DNA of 62,306 nucleotides, filler included, from Rhabdomonas costata (taxonomy: Eukaryota): NCBI GenBank assembly GCA_019059605.1. It is 24 parts of 24 records of this genome, joined end to end, with 100 filler letters (N's around TTAATTAATTAA, not from the genome) between each part and the next. Parts side by side here need not be neighbours in the genome. Positions count along the whole stretch, not along the records: positions 26,020 to 28,519 come from JAHMHO010003127.1; positions 28,620 to 31,118 come from JAHMHO010003128.1; positions 31,219 to 33,718 come from JAHMHO010003129.1; positions 33,819 to 36,318 come from JAHMHO010003130.1; positions 36,419 to 38,917 come from JAHMHO010003131.1; positions 39,018 to 41,516 come from JAHMHO010003132.1; 18 more parts are not named here. One strand, 5' to 3'. The stretch's first letter is position 1. Each line of letters opens with the position of its first letter. This document shows positions 26,873 to 39,858 of this stretch, piece by piece. The notes beneath the pieces were generated by a model, which had not been told where the DNA came from, did not search any database, and saw only the letters and a program-made list of their open reading frames with translations. Position numbers and translations under genes: made by a program.

Positions 26873-28359
26873 CTGCAAAAATTTCGATTGATGTCGCATC
26901 ATTGTGTTCCACTTTTCTAGCTCTTCCTCTCTAACTGTCCTCTTCGTCGAAGCACTATCTTACGACCAAACTTAATCCTATTTAAATAATCGACTGCTTC
27001 ACCCACCACATTGAAAACGAGTGCAATTTTGATTTAAAATTCAACCGCGATGTTGTCGAAGTTCAAGGATGTGTGATACCCTGGGCCTGGTTCCATGTGT
27101 AGGTTCATCCTTTTTTCATTTGTCTTTTTTACTTTTACGGTGAGCAGAGCCTCTCATTATTTGTAAGCAGACCAGACCAGCCACAGGCACACGACACCAA
27201 ACATCGCCGTCGGACTTGTCGTACTCTGAAGCTCTGCAAAGTATTCTTTTTGTTGCTCTGAAGCAATGCCCATCTTCATCCACTTTAACATGTCAAACTG
27301 ACCGACCGTTGCCACCACTTGTTCCTTGTCCTGCGAGGCTTGGCCAAATCAAAACCACGTGGTTTTAAATTTATAGCCGCTTTTGAACCGAGTTTTCTTA
27401 TTTCAAATAACCCTGTCGAAAAAGCGTTCTTTTACCACTTCTTTGGGTAGCATTTTTTTTTTAAAAAAAAGGGCAGTTCCAACCTTCCCGAAATGGGTAA
27501 TTGCACGGCAGTTACGGATGTTTTGCCTTCAAAAAAATTAGGGGCAATTTAAGGGGCAATTTTTCTTCCCAGAGCAAAACATCACGTCACGGCTGCAACC
27601 GAGGTTCCAAATTTAGGAGGGACGCGACACCACGAACAAACCGAAGCACAAAGATTTTACTGAAAGCAGGAATTAGGGAGCAATTTGGGGGCAATTAGGG
27701 GGAGTGTTCGGCGACACTTACTGGCACATTACTGGGGTTCATGACGTTGCGCCTTCATGCGTAAGAGTGAATGTACGGCCACGGATGTTTGTAATGTGGC
27801 GGACTACTCAAAGTGGACCAGCAAGACAGTCAGCAAAAGACTCTCCAAAAATCCACAGTCGGAAAATGGTGATTGAGGAGAAGCTACGCTGGGTGATACA
27901 AATTTGTAACTGGGAAAGTCGAGTTTGAACTCAGGTTACAGCTGACGTGAGCAATTAAGGACAAAAGCCGAATGAGGCCGCGAATGCACGTTAACGATGG
28001 GGGAGAAGGGCAATTGCCTTACAATGCCAACCTCGACCTACAATAATAGAGGACGTTTTGCGTCGCTTTGACCAAGAAAGGATAGGTTCTTTGCTTTGCA
28101 CTTGCCCATTTCTGTTGCGAAGCCACACATAGGATCGTATCACTGCTCACTCTTCCTGTCTACCTTCCCCTTTGATTTCTCGCACAACACCCCCTAGAGT
28201 TACCGTCTGTTATTGTCAGTGACCTCGTCAGGTGCAACTGTGCGCTACGCCTTTGGTTAATCTCTTCGTGCTCGTGTTGCATCGTGCTGACTCGTGCTGC
28301 ACTTTTTTTTTTGGAAAAAAAACTGGCTCACCATATGTTTCGCGCTTTGCCCTCTTGTA

Positions 28360-28514
28360 TGTTGTACGCTGTACTTAATTGTCGTAATCTACCCTTTGTG
28401 AATTGGCAACTGCCTTCATGCATCAGCACGAAGTAAATTCCCCAGGGCTGCTGCAAGAAGGCAGTTGCCAATTCACAAAGGGTAGATTACGACAATTAAG
28501 TACAGCGTACAACA
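28360..28514. repeat. Perfect 58-bp inverted repeat at contig end (probable fold-back artefact)
   Basis: 28360-28417 is the exact reverse complement of 28457-28514. Confidence 0.95.
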
Positions 28515-28877
28515 CACACNNNNNNNNNNNNNNNNNNNNNNNNNNNNNNNNNNNNNNNNNNNNTTAATTAATTAANNNNNNNNNNNNNNNNNNNNNNNNN
28601 NNNNNNNNNNNNNNNNNNNGAACTTTATATTTGTAGAAACGAGAGACTGGAGATGGGCGGAGAAAACGCAGAGGATGCGTGTGTGTGGCTTTCTGCAAAT
28701 TGCCTGTCGAATTGGTTGTGCGTTTTATCTCCGCAAAAAGGCAGCCTTGCAACATGTGTGGCCGATTACGGTGGCTGTGATCCAACGCGTCCGTGGTGCA
28801 GTCGGCTGTCATTGTGGAACCCAAACACAGTGGTGGCGGTTTCGGGTTTGGACAGAGATAGTGAGAGAGATGAGAGA

Positions 28878-30880
28878 GAAAGCGATGAGATACCGCCGTG
28901 GATAGTTTGCGGAGGGGCTTGGCTACACGTGCGCTGGCCGCTGCGGTGCGGCTGATGGTGCCCGCGGGGTCAACAATGCTCACTCTGGAACGGAACGTCG
29001 GGCGGCGCTCCTCCAGGGAAATCACTGCACAGGAAAAACAGATGCAGGGTGGACAAGTTGCGATGGGTCAGAGCAGGGTGAGAAGGCTGACCCGCCCGTA
29101 CTTAACCCTTTACCTAGGCAGACTATAGCTTCATGATTACCCCAGCAAGGTCTCTCGTAGTAGTGCCCATAGCGGCCTTCAGAGCAAATACACAGATCTC
29201 CCACTGAACCCCTTGCGCACCAAAATAGGGGGTTTCACAAACATGTGACGAACGCTTCCATCCCTCAACCACAACCGGATCAAGCGCACCCGAAACGACT
29301 TCAGCTTAAAGAATCCACCCAGGATGACGAGTAAACCAACACAACCACAACCACGCAAGCAAGCAATAACTGACCTGGCCATGAAACCAGCCGCACAAAA
29401 AGGACCTTGCAACGAAACTGCACGCGCACCGGGACAACACTCGATATTAGATGCTCTGACCCACCACACCAATAAACTCCCATAATTCCGTTACCATCTT
29501 CTCGCAACATTTGGTCACAATTTGAGACCAACCTAACTCAAAAGGTCATTTGTTTTGGAGGCTGCGAGGGGGACCATGCCACACCCGGTTCTGCGCAGTC
29601 AATGGCGATGCCAATAATACCAGCCTCTGCTGGGGGCTCAGGAATTGCGACATATGTTAGTCCTCTAAGCCACCATGCTCAAAAACTGTTGGTGGATCCC
29701 TGAAAAGCTCAGAGAGTGCCTTGAGCGGTACACGTCGGTATAGTTGAGGAATTAATCATCGGAGAGGGAGGGAGGCGTGGTGGTGGTAGTGGTGGTGGTG
29801 GTGGCAGATGGAATGCGAACCTGTGCTGGTGGTGGGGATGATCTGGCTACTGGAGTCCTTCAACGCACCCTTGGGGGAAAGCGCGGCCACAGGGGAGCTG
29901 TACGACGGAGTGGCCTGCACTCCGCTGAGGTCCAACGACCCAACTGCAATTCAAAAGGTATCTCACTCACTCAACCACAAGGGAACCCACTGCTAGGATA
30001 CGAATTTTGGCCTCCACTCGCTGGGCGACACACCACACGTGAGAAGGAGAAGAAGAATCACCGATCGGACGGGAGACCTGATTCACCTCTGACCTCAAAC
30101 TAAGATACGAAGGCTACGAGGGCTTTCTATTTTTTCTTTTGAAATGCACCAGCCCTTGGGTTGTCGGTTTCCGTCTGTTTCCGTCTGTTCGGTGACCCCC
30201 CTCCCCAATCACTCATAATCCAGCAAGATAGTGCTCACTATCCAACTAAAGCTGTTATCGGAGGAAAGAAAGTCTGCATCAGGTTACAGGGAAACACACA
30301 CATGTTCTGTTGTTTCTGTCCACTTCTCTGTTTTTCCGTCCCTTGGGTTTCATGTTAGAAGGCGACGCACACACCCTGTGTGCGGGACGTGTTGGGAGAG
30401 AAGTACAAGTAGTAAAGCTCGGATTTTACCCGACATTCAGTCTACTTCTTGGTTGCATATAAAACGGTGGTCGCTCGAGGTACATTTCTGCATGCAGGAA
30501 CCTAACCCGTGAGGATGACAGAGTGCGGAGTACAGCAGACTTCCGCGACTTTGCCAAAGCAGGGCGATGAGTGGTTCCCATGAGTTTGCTAGGGATTGAA
30601 TTATTTTGGTGCGAGGGCCGGCCCTCGCCGGCCGAGGCGGACTATTGAAAAATCGCTGACAGCAGCTCCAAAGAAAAAGTGGCGATTCCTGAAACTGACC
30701 GACGTATCGAGGGAAGGACGGATGACGGATAGTGCGGCAATTGACCAACCAGTGCTGAAGTGTGACACTCACCGTTCGACCCATCCCTGTCCAAACCAAC
30801 GCTCATACCAACTTCTTGGACCCAGCGGGTATACGGCAGGGCTGGAGCTGGGCTGACCGGGCTCGTGGTGGCAGGAGAAG
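28878..30880 (-). CDS. Multi-exon gene of unknown function (S/P/T-rich)
   Basis: CAG/GT-flanked GC-rich exons near 30880-30809, 29943-29821 and 29024-28894 (ASPATTSPVSPAPALPYTRW; GSLDLSGVQATPSYSSPVAALSPKG; ISLEERRPTFRSRVSIVDP). Confidence 0.45.
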
Positions 30881-31996
30881 CTGCAACCCAAAATGAGGAG
30901 GGAGGTTTCCAAAAAAGGCTGCCTTCACGGGTGCGTGCAAACTTGGCAACACAAACCGCGGATCCTTCTGCAGTCAACGGGCAGCCAAACGGATGAAACA
31001 TCCAATTGACGTTTGGAGCAACCGTTACCAGAGGTGACAAATTTCTCTTTTAGATAATTGAGCCATACATTATAGAATTCATTGAAGACCCCCCAGGCCC
31101 TGTTCCTTCACCAACACANNNNNNNNNNNNNNNNNNNNNNNNNNNNNNNNNNNNNNNNNNNNTTAATTAATTAANNNNNNNNNNNNNNNNNNNNNNNNNN
31201 NNNNNNNNNNNNNNNNNNTTGTTTGGGGGGGACACGGAGGTCGCGCTGAGTGGGGAGATGCAACACTGGCTCTCCGGCGAGGAAATGCTGGCGGCATTGA
31301 AGCACTCTGGAGCTGGAGAGGGGGACTCCATGACATATGCGAATGCCATAACGACTGACTCTTAATGTTGTGCGTCAGCTATGATCCTGGACCGAACCTT
31401 TGTCCACCTGCTGTATGATTATGGTTTGTGTGATGGCTGCGTTGGTCGCTGGCAGGTTTATTCCTGAACTTTTTTTTTCCAATTTTCATACGCATATCTA
31501 CAATCCTGAGTGCATATGAAAGGTGTAATATTATATAGCAGTTGTTGGTGCCTTCGCCACGCTGCCCAACAAGTTTGTTCAGTCGGCTGCGTTTCGCCCA
31601 GAACTTGGTCATAACCCCCTTCATTGTGGCCTTCACCAAGGCCAGCAAGAGGGCTCGCTGTGTGCAGCTTTGAAGGAAGACTTGATGTACCCTGGAGTCA
31701 AATTCCGATATGGTGCAACGGGCCATTTTGTCCGGGTAGGCATCCTCATTGTGAAGTATGGTGAGCATTCGTGATTGCAACAACGCCGGAGTCTGTAACC
31801 TCAGCAGGCTCTGGTGGATGTGGGGTGCTGCAAATCTGATGATTTGAACATTGCATGGGAGACAATCCATCAAAGTTGAAGTTTTGTCTTATGGGCTAAG
31901 AAGGGTGATTTTACGTTTTTTTTTTCCAGGTGCTTACTCTTCCTTTCTTTTTCTGCGTGTGTTGTTCCATCTTGCCAGTGCAATTATGTGGTAGGG

Positions 31997-33341
31997 ATGT
32001 CTAGCCCATGTAGCATCGCCCGGAGGGCTTCCCAAGGGCGCGATCCCGGGGTATACACTCCATGCCCAAGGGTACTCTCTTCCGGGGTTCTCAACCCGGA
32101 GCCTGACCGCTCTGCTTCGGTGCTTGTCTTGCCAGACCCGGAGGCCCACCCCATTCCTCGGGACCTGCAGCACCCCGCCCAGAGTGCCGGTGCCCGGTCA
32201 GTGCCCCAGGCTTTGACATCCGCCGTGACTCCCTCACCGAGACGGAGGTGTGGCATTCCGTTGTGGCTCAGCCTGACCGTTCCCGCCCTGCTTGTCACCG
32301 TAGCCTTCATGGTGGTGCTGTGGCAAACCACCTCTGCAACCGCGACTCATTCCGTAGACTCGCTGTCGGGGCGAGTCTTTGATGTCGTCCAACTGCAGCT
32401 CATCGCGCAGATCAGCCAGTTGACCCGAGATATGGCGACAATAGTCCAGATGGGGGTAGCTGCAGTCCAGTCCGACTCCAGCGTGGCCAATCTGCAGAGT
32501 TTCTTTGTGCGCGTTCTGAACTTCATACAAGGGCCTTCGGTCTTCGGCTATGCCACCGTCGAAGGGCATTATGTATCTGCTAAGAGGTTGGTCACAGGGG
32601 AGCTTCAGGTTGGGCTTTGTGACCCTGGTCCCAATGGGACCGGGTTCAGCAGCGCTGGAGAGCCCCTCGTGCAGTACTACCACGTGAACCCTGCGCTGCA
32701 GAAGACCACCTTGGCTACGGCCACCCCCTATGTTGCGCAGCAGCGGCCGTTCTGGCGCGCCGTGGCCGCGCATAACTACACCACTTCCTTCAGCCCAGTG
32801 TACCCTCAAGCAGTGCAAACCGTCTTTGGGATCTCGCTGGGGATTCCTCTCCGCTCCTCCAATGGCTCCCTCCAGGGCATTGTGGTAGTGTTCGATGACC
32901 TGACGACAATTCAGGAAGCTCTGGAGTCCGCCCACGAGGCCCTGCAGACGAATGGGATGCTCGTGATTCTCGCCGAGAATGGCAGCTTGATCGCCAGCTC
33001 TGTGAGCACCAACTCCTCGGAGATTCAGGCCGCCATTTTGGAGCTTCCTTCCCTCCCGACCAGAGGGCCAGGGCACGTTACACTAGCCTCCCTGCATCCC
33101 TTCGGCCCTTCGTTTGTGTTCGAGCTCACCATCCCAGGTCAGGTTCGCCCGGACTTCTTTGCGCACGGGCTGAACTGGAGACTCTTTGTGGTACTCCCTC
33201 AGGTGTGCTGTGCCTCATTAGGACGTTTTCTCTGCGATAGTCATCGTTCTCATTCAATTTCCGTTGGAAAGGGGGCTTTACTTCGCTGTCCTTTTGCAGG
33301 AGGAGTACTATGGTGGGCTGTGGAGCAACAACCAATTGGCG
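31997..33341 (+). CDS. Membrane receptor with extracellular dCache-like sensor domain (N-terminal part; output domain not on contig)
   Basis: A 1.2-kb exon (31997-33202) has TM1 (IPLWLSLTVPALLVTVAFMVVLW), then FGYATVEGHY, YVAQQRPFW, FSPVY, IPLRSSNGSLQGIVVVFDDLTTIQEAL, ILAENGSLIASS and GLNWRLFVVLPQ. A second exon from 33300 reads EEYYGGL. This is the dCache_1 layout of Cache-cyclase/kinase receptors. Confidence 0.8.
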
Positions 33342-33578
33342 GTCATGAAACCACGGGGCATCGCCGATCTTCCGGATGAACCGGCACCCCCTGGCGAGCT
33401 CGGCTTCCACCCCTTGGGCGGTCAGCTCTGGCCCTTCTGCAGAGCCAAAGCTCAGCGCGGAGGACAAGGAAAAGGACCCCAGTGACGGGGAGGACGGGAG
33501 GTCTGTGGCCTGCTTGCGCAGCGCCTCGGCCTTTTCCTCACTGAAAAGCGCCGCCGTGGAGCGCATCAGGGAGCGCAG
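33342..33578 (-). CDS. Opposite-strand coding exon abutting the Cache gene
   Basis: CAG acceptor before 33578, GC3-rich frame LRSLMRSTAALFSEEKAEALRKQATDLP..ELARGCRFIRKIGDAPWFH running straight into the plus-strand exon. Confidence 0.45.
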
Positions 33579-34352
33579 CTGAAGCATCCACACCCGAGTC
33601 ACGTCGTCCTCCGCACTGCGTGTTTGTGGGAACTCCAAACTCCCAAGTCCTGTACACTTGTGTCCTTACCCGGTCACAGAAATCGTACAAAGAAAAACGT
33701 TTTCCCGGAACACAACACNNNNNNNNNNNNNNNNNNNNNNNNNNNNNNNNNNNNNNNNNNNNTTAATTAATTAANNNNNNNNNNNNNNNNNNNNNNNNNN
33801 NNNNNNNNNNNNNNNNNNGTGTTGGGTGTGGTTGGTGTGTGGTGTCATTCCCAGAGGTTCCATCCGTACTGAGCGTGCAGATCTGCCTCCAGGACAGTTT
33901 GAAAGGGAAGTGAGGAAGGAAACAAGAAGAGTTAAAGCGGAGAACAAAACCGAGCGAGTCCTTCCAAGAAGGCAGCATTTGGTGGAACCATCGACAGCGG
34001 AGCGTTTCGTGCAACCCCCAAAAACCGAGACACACTTCCGTTTGAGTGTGCCTGCAAGATGAGGACACCGAGGGAGAAGCACGTAGAGGAGAAAATGATG
34101 CGAATGAAAAGCGGGGGTGTTGCTGACTTCAAAAACGCGCGTTCTTGTGAGCTCTCTTGCGGAGGGTCCTGCAGCACGGTTTGTGGAGTTCGCAGACTGC
34201 TCTGCTTGGTTTGGTTTGGGTGAATAGGCTCTCAAGCACAAAAATACGCTCTGAGTCCGAATCTCGGACAAACGGTAGGGGGTTGACACATAAGTGCATA
34301 AGTCCCCGTCATCGACACAATCGTCCCAAAATCCCGGAATGCAACCCAAGGA

Positions 34353-36160
34353 CAGCCAAATGGCAAAGCAAGTGTTCCATCAACAGGACTAATGCGCGCA
34401 GCAAACACGGCAGCCCCAGCGGAATGCACGTCACCTGGCATCCACGTACTAAGCGAAAATAAAAAGAACAAGCAAGAAGCGCAGGCACTGGAACACGGTG
34501 TGAAAGCCCTATACATGACACAGCAACCACTCCTCATGCCCTGTTTTCTACCCCCGGTGGGGGTGAGCTGGCCAGCAAATTCACAGCGCAACAAAGGGAA
34601 CCTGAACCCTAACTTGGGACAAATCACCCCCTCCCACATCACTGTCTGGTACGTGTAATTGAGAGTTAAAATGAGACCATTCTGCCCGAGTCACAGGTAA
34701 ACGGCAAAAAGAAAGTGATACTCACACAACAGCTTCTGGCACTCTTGCAAACCCCGAACAAGGGAGGGAGTGGGACACAACAAAATCAGCGTGCATTTCT
34801 CTTTGGGGTGTTGAGTGAAGATGAGGGAGCGAGTTGGGAAGCCGGTGCGCGACACGTCAGCAAAATCAGCAAAATGCTTTTACCCTTCCAATATACGCCG
34901 GGGAGCGGTGGGGCAGGCGGTAGACCTTGGCCTGCTGTGTGGTGAGCATGCCCCCCACGGCTCCAAGCAGTGCTATGGTCCATTGCGCGACCACCCAGAA
35001 GAAGCGCACGTTAACCCGAGGGATTTCTTTTTGTTTCCACTTTTTCAGTCATGTCTTCTTCCCTTCGGTCTGTCACAGGTCGAACACATACGCGTGCACA
35101 CTGGGGACCGGGGGGTTCACCAAAGGACTGGCAGAGTCACGGGACATGAGGACGAACCGACCATGAATGCACGCATGTAAAGCTTAAACGGCCTTCTCGC
35201 TGTGGTAACCAACCAGAGTTGACAGGGGGCCCTCAAGCGATGTATCCACAACGTCTCTCTGTTTCTCTCTCTCTCAGTACACGATAGTGTGTCTCAATTT
35301 ACACAAGAAACTTTTGCAGAGAAAGGTAGCTGGCGCAAGGCAACTCACAGGTTGTAGGGTATCTCCAGGCCCCTGGGATGGACCTGTGCCACCCGGACCA
35401 AAGCGGATAGGGCCCGGGTAACCTCCAAAGCTTCCGGGTTCGACGCAGGGTCCCCCACGATGGCGTCCAAGGGAATCTCCTCCGCTGCAAAAGAGGTCCC
35501 TGCCTGAACATGTCCAAGATACCGGTCAAAAAGTTCCGTGAGGACATGAAGAGGGCAAATCGGGACAGTAACAGTGCTCAACGAAGTGGAGGGGATGCCA
35601 ATGCTGGAGCCGATAGCGCTTCTCTGACGCGACGTGGTTTGCCGGGCAGAGAGGTTGTACATCCACTCCTATTCGTGCAAAAAAAAAAGCTCTTCTATAG
35701 ACCATAACAACAACCAAACGATTTCAGAACTGAGGGAGCAGTGCAAGCAAACAACGCAGTTTCACGGAAAGCAGCGAACAGCCATCCGTCGCCATGGCAA
35801 ATCAGAAGAGAAACGAAATTTCCAAGAATGTAGTGATGATTGAACTCGCCCGCGCCTTTGTTTCAAATCAGGAGGGGTTTGGTGGGATCCCAAACAGCTT
35901 CTTAACGTCTTCTTAACGTCTAAAAAAAGCTTTGCGAAGAGCTTTTCCCAGCAATCCATATAATTCCTGGGACTCCCTCGCGCATACTGTTAATCACATT
36001 CATCATGAGGAAGAGAGGCAAAAAATATCCCCTCAGTGCGCGGATGTGTAACCTGGTCTCCCAATACAGTTGGAAATTCGTGAGTGGGGCAGTAGACCGG
36101 AAGCACTCCCGTCGAGTAGCGAAGCACAGCAGCAGGGAGGCATAGAATCTGGCAGTCCAC
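34353..36160 (-). CDS. Multi-exon gene of unknown function
   Basis: Exons join in frame: VDCQILCLPAAVLRYSTGVLPVYCPTHEF..-ELYGLLGKALRKAFFR-RVDVQPLCPANH..-SEEIPLDAIVGDPASNPEALEVTRALSALVRVAQ. Confidence 0.55.
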
Positions 36161-36539
36161 CTGAACACGCCCCGAAAAAGGTCAGGAGCCAAACCAAACA
36201 TGACTCGAATCACTGTTCAAGGACGGGTTTCCCACAAATACGACATGGGTGTCGAGGTTTGACAAGTCTTTCCAGCTCATCTCGTTCTCTTGCACCTTTG
36301 ACTGACGAACACACCCCCNNNNNNNNNNNNNNNNNNNNNNNNNNNNNNNNNNNNNNNNNNNNTTAATTAATTAANNNNNNNNNNNNNNNNNNNNNNNNNN
36401 NNNNNNNNNNNNNNNNNNTTGTGGGGTTGAAAAATCCATATATATCTAATGTTAAATTGCTGAATAGAAGCCTCCCGTCCAGTAACCTGGCAGCTAAACT
36501 AGCTCACTGTTCACTAAATTTGGGTTTTCTTCCTTTCAG

Positions 36540-36641
36540 GGGACCTCATTCCCTGCCCAGTGTGTCAGAGCGCATTCTACTGCTCTGCCAGGCACCTGGA
36601 TCTCCATCGTTTTCAACACAAAGTGGCCTGCAAGAGTCTGC
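36540..36641 (+). CDS. Exon encoding C-terminal part of a MYND-type zinc finger
   Basis: After a TTTCAG acceptor: DLIPCPVCQSAFYCSARHLDLHRFQHKVACK, i.e. CxxC-x4-YC-x3-H-x7-H-x3-C. Confidence 0.7.
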
Positions 36642-37471
36642 AAGGGCTCCCCTGCCTCCGTTTTTCTCCTTGTGTTCCCTTTTTTGTTTGTGCTTTGTGC
36701 TTTGTTTGTGATGATCTGGAATCCTGAACCCCGACAAATTGACTGAATTCTTGTCAACCTCCGTGAGTGCCCTTTGCCCTAATTAACTCGGCCATACATG
36801 GTTGATCGGTGGAGGTGCCAAGGAGGTCGTGGGCTCCTTCGCCTTTTTGAAGACATGGAGAAATGTTTTCCAGGAGAAGAGCTGAACTGCTGCGGAAATA
36901 CGACCCAGCTCTCCAAGGAGCACTCTCTGAAGGCGCTGATATGGGTGGGTCCAAAACCACGACTACGGCAGCCCCTCGTCCTGCCTCCTCTTGCGTGGGC
37001 GTCAGCTCCTTGTCCATGACCTTGCCAACCTCAAGGACGTTTGCCGCGCTTACACGTCAGCCCCTTGACAGGTAAACCGTCGCGCTCACCATCCTCCCTT
37101 ACAACACATGAACTTGAACAACATGAATTTGAACATAACCCAAAAACTTTTTGCAGGTGGTGCAATTGTCGCTGAAATTAATTGTCACACCCGTCATGGT
37201 GATCAGTTAAGTTCTGGATGTTCCCATTTTTCCACCGACCATTGATCGGCTTTGAAGAAAAACACCCTCCCTCGTGACGACAGAAAGCCTCACCTTAGAC
37301 AGCAGACAACGTTTCAGTGGACGCTCTGCTACGATATGGAATTTTTTTTCAACCAAGTTGGTCTTTCAACTTGACAATGGCAACCACATCCCATAAATTT
37401 TGTCCTTGGAACAACTCATCTATGTTTGCATGGGGGGGGGGGGCTAGAGCGCCCCTTTCTTGTTTATACAG

Positions 37472-38588
37472 GTCGTATGTAAAGTATCCCCTGAATACTC
37501 GCGCTGCCACCGCTCTCCCCGCACCTGTGGTGAAGGTTGCCGACACCCCGGAGGCTCCCCCAGAAACGCCCCACTTCGTTCAGGAGCTTGGACGGGCCTC
37601 CTGGATGGTGATGTCCTATTTTTGATTTGTGGCTTTTGCTATTGTGGACATGCCCCTTTGATCATGGACTGAAATGCCCTGAAATGCAGATTGCGCTGGT
37701 GGCGCTAGATAGCGTTTCGGCAGTCGCTTCATTACAGCTGATGAAGTTTCGCAGATACCCTTACCTTCAGCTTTTTTGTGCTTTCCTGGGTGTCTTTGAC
37801 TGCCAAGTGTGCGCCGCGGACCTGTGAATAAACTTCCTTATTCGGAGGTCTTCAGGCCTTCAGCCGTGCGATGATAATGAATGAATGATGCAAGTCACCC
37901 CGTTCCAAATGGCACAGTTCAGCTCCCCTCCCTCCCCAACCCCGTCCTATGTTTTGCTGTCGATCTTGGACCATCTAGGTTCTCCATGCTGTCGCCGAGA
38001 AGTTTCCGCAGCTTCCCAGCATGGAAGAACAGCACAATGCTGCGCAATTCCTGGAGAGCTTTGCCTCGGTCTTCCCGTGCGGGAAGTGCCGGGTCCACTT
38101 CAAGGTCTATGTTCCCCAACCCCATTCTCTCCGATTGTTGGCAAAAAATGTGATGATTCAAGGGTTTTTTTCAGCTATTGCCGTCAAGGGAGATAACAAG
38201 TTGCCAAGACAGGTTCTAATGTGATTTGGAAGAACTACATCGAAGCAAAAGAAGAGAAGTATTAGCATTCGTGTGACACATATTACGAAACTGAACTTTG
38301 TATTTGAGTCTTGCTGTATTGAAGTCACTGCTGACAAAGAGTTGACCTTCTGAGGAGGGGTTTGGGACGCATCAGAAGACGAAGTAATTTTGGACGATAA
38401 GGACCACCAGGAAGCATATTTTAAACCAAATCAACGATGCCTTCATTCTTTGTGTGCTCGATAGTGCCCACTTTTTTATTTGCATTTTTCTTTTCCGGAC
38501 TTCTTTCCAGACTTTGCTGCGGAAGCACCCCCCAGTGTTGACCTCTCGAGAGGCCTTTGTGAAGTGGATGTCCTTCTTCCATGACCAG
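37472..38588 (+). CDS. Erv1/ALR-family FAD-linked sulfhydryl oxidase
   Basis: Exons 37472-37607, 37979-38104 and 38511-38588 give ELGRASWM-VLHAVAEKFPQLPSMEEQHNAAQFLESFASVFPCGKCRVHFK-TLLRKHPPVLTSREAFVKWMSFFHDQ, with the redox CxxC and the GxxxWxxxH motif. Confidence 0.92.
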
Positions 38589-39858
38589 GTCTTCTACCTT
38601 CGTGTTGGTTTCCGCATGTCGCCATGTTTTATGCGCTTCTCCAAACCCCTTTCATTTGTGGAAGCGTGTAGGAGTCACCATCAAACTTGATGATAAAAAA
38701 CGAGAGGACAGGTCGTATTCTTTCCTCTGCTCTGCCTTTGTTCACCGTTCGCATAATATTTTCCCCCACTTTGTCACGCCAGTCCTTTTGCGGAAATAAT
38801 TGACAAACAAAGCTCGATAAGAAAGGGGATTTGCCTGGGAAATTGCTTCTCAAACTCAGTGCTCCCTTACTCTCCTCGCCATTGGTTGGGCCAACAACAC
38901 CCAAACACACCCACCACNNNNNNNNNNNNNNNNNNNNNNNNNNNNNNNNNNNNNNNNNNNNTTAATTAATTAANNNNNNNNNNNNNNNNNNNNNNNNNNN
39001 NNNNNNNNNNNNNNNNNGGGTGAGCATGTCATGATCAACAAGGTGATGGAGACGTCAGTCCCAATTCTTGAACAACGTTTTCCTGATCTAATATTTCACT
39101 GCTGATCCAACAAAACAAAATAAATGAATAATAAACCAAATGGAAAATTTCCCCCCTTGCTCCGCGATTGAAAACGAAAGCACAAACAACGGCACTCAAC
39201 CTCCTTTCCCATCTAATATCAATTTCTCAGGGTGGAAATGTAAATTTGCGTTGATTCAACGTCCCCCAACAGCAATCCATCCCAGCCACACTGAACCTTA
39301 CCTACAGTTCCTTCCCCCCGACTGGAGGCGGAGCCACATGACCGTGCAGCGACCACCTGGCTTCCAGGTGGTAAGCACTGGGTGGTCAGTTCCACATGGC
39401 TCCGTTGTTGGGTCGGCTTGAATGGGTACCGCTGTTGGTTGTCCAAAACTGAAGAACTCGAAACTGTTTACCGAAAGAAATCCGAAGCCAGGGGCTTGGT
39501 TTGTGAGGAGTACGCAGGATGAAGGGCGACTTGGGTGGCAACGACCATCCTGCAGCGGGACTGGCCAAGATGTGTGTGTGCGCGCGCGAGAGCGGCGCTC
39601 GCGAGTCTCCCAACTGGTCCACGAGGCACAGTGGGTAAACCGAAGGAGGTAGACAAGAGCGTGAACCAGAGGGCAAGATGTGGGAGGGTGTCGCATGTCA
39701 TAGACACGCCCTACCAACAAAACAGGGAGCACAACACGGATCCAAAGAAGCCCGAAAAGAGGCCCGCACAATGCGATCTGAGAGTGAGATATATCATACC
39801 AGCATGTACACAAACACGGGGGCAGGGAAGATGTGAGATGGGCGAATGGGGTGCCTGC

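Noticed and set aside
27538..27703. TTAGGG-like telomeric repeats
   Set aside because: These are scattered GGGGCAATT units, not a tandem telomeric array.
32234..33076. Long antisense ORFs (32234-33076, 55314-56018, 56151-56978)
   Set aside because: These are shadows of GC3-rich real genes on the opposite strand, with no recognisable motifs.
38671..38711. Next Erv exon (VTIKLDDKK) with a non-AG acceptor
   Set aside because: The similarity to the expected VNxxL is too weak, and the true exon may lie off the contig.
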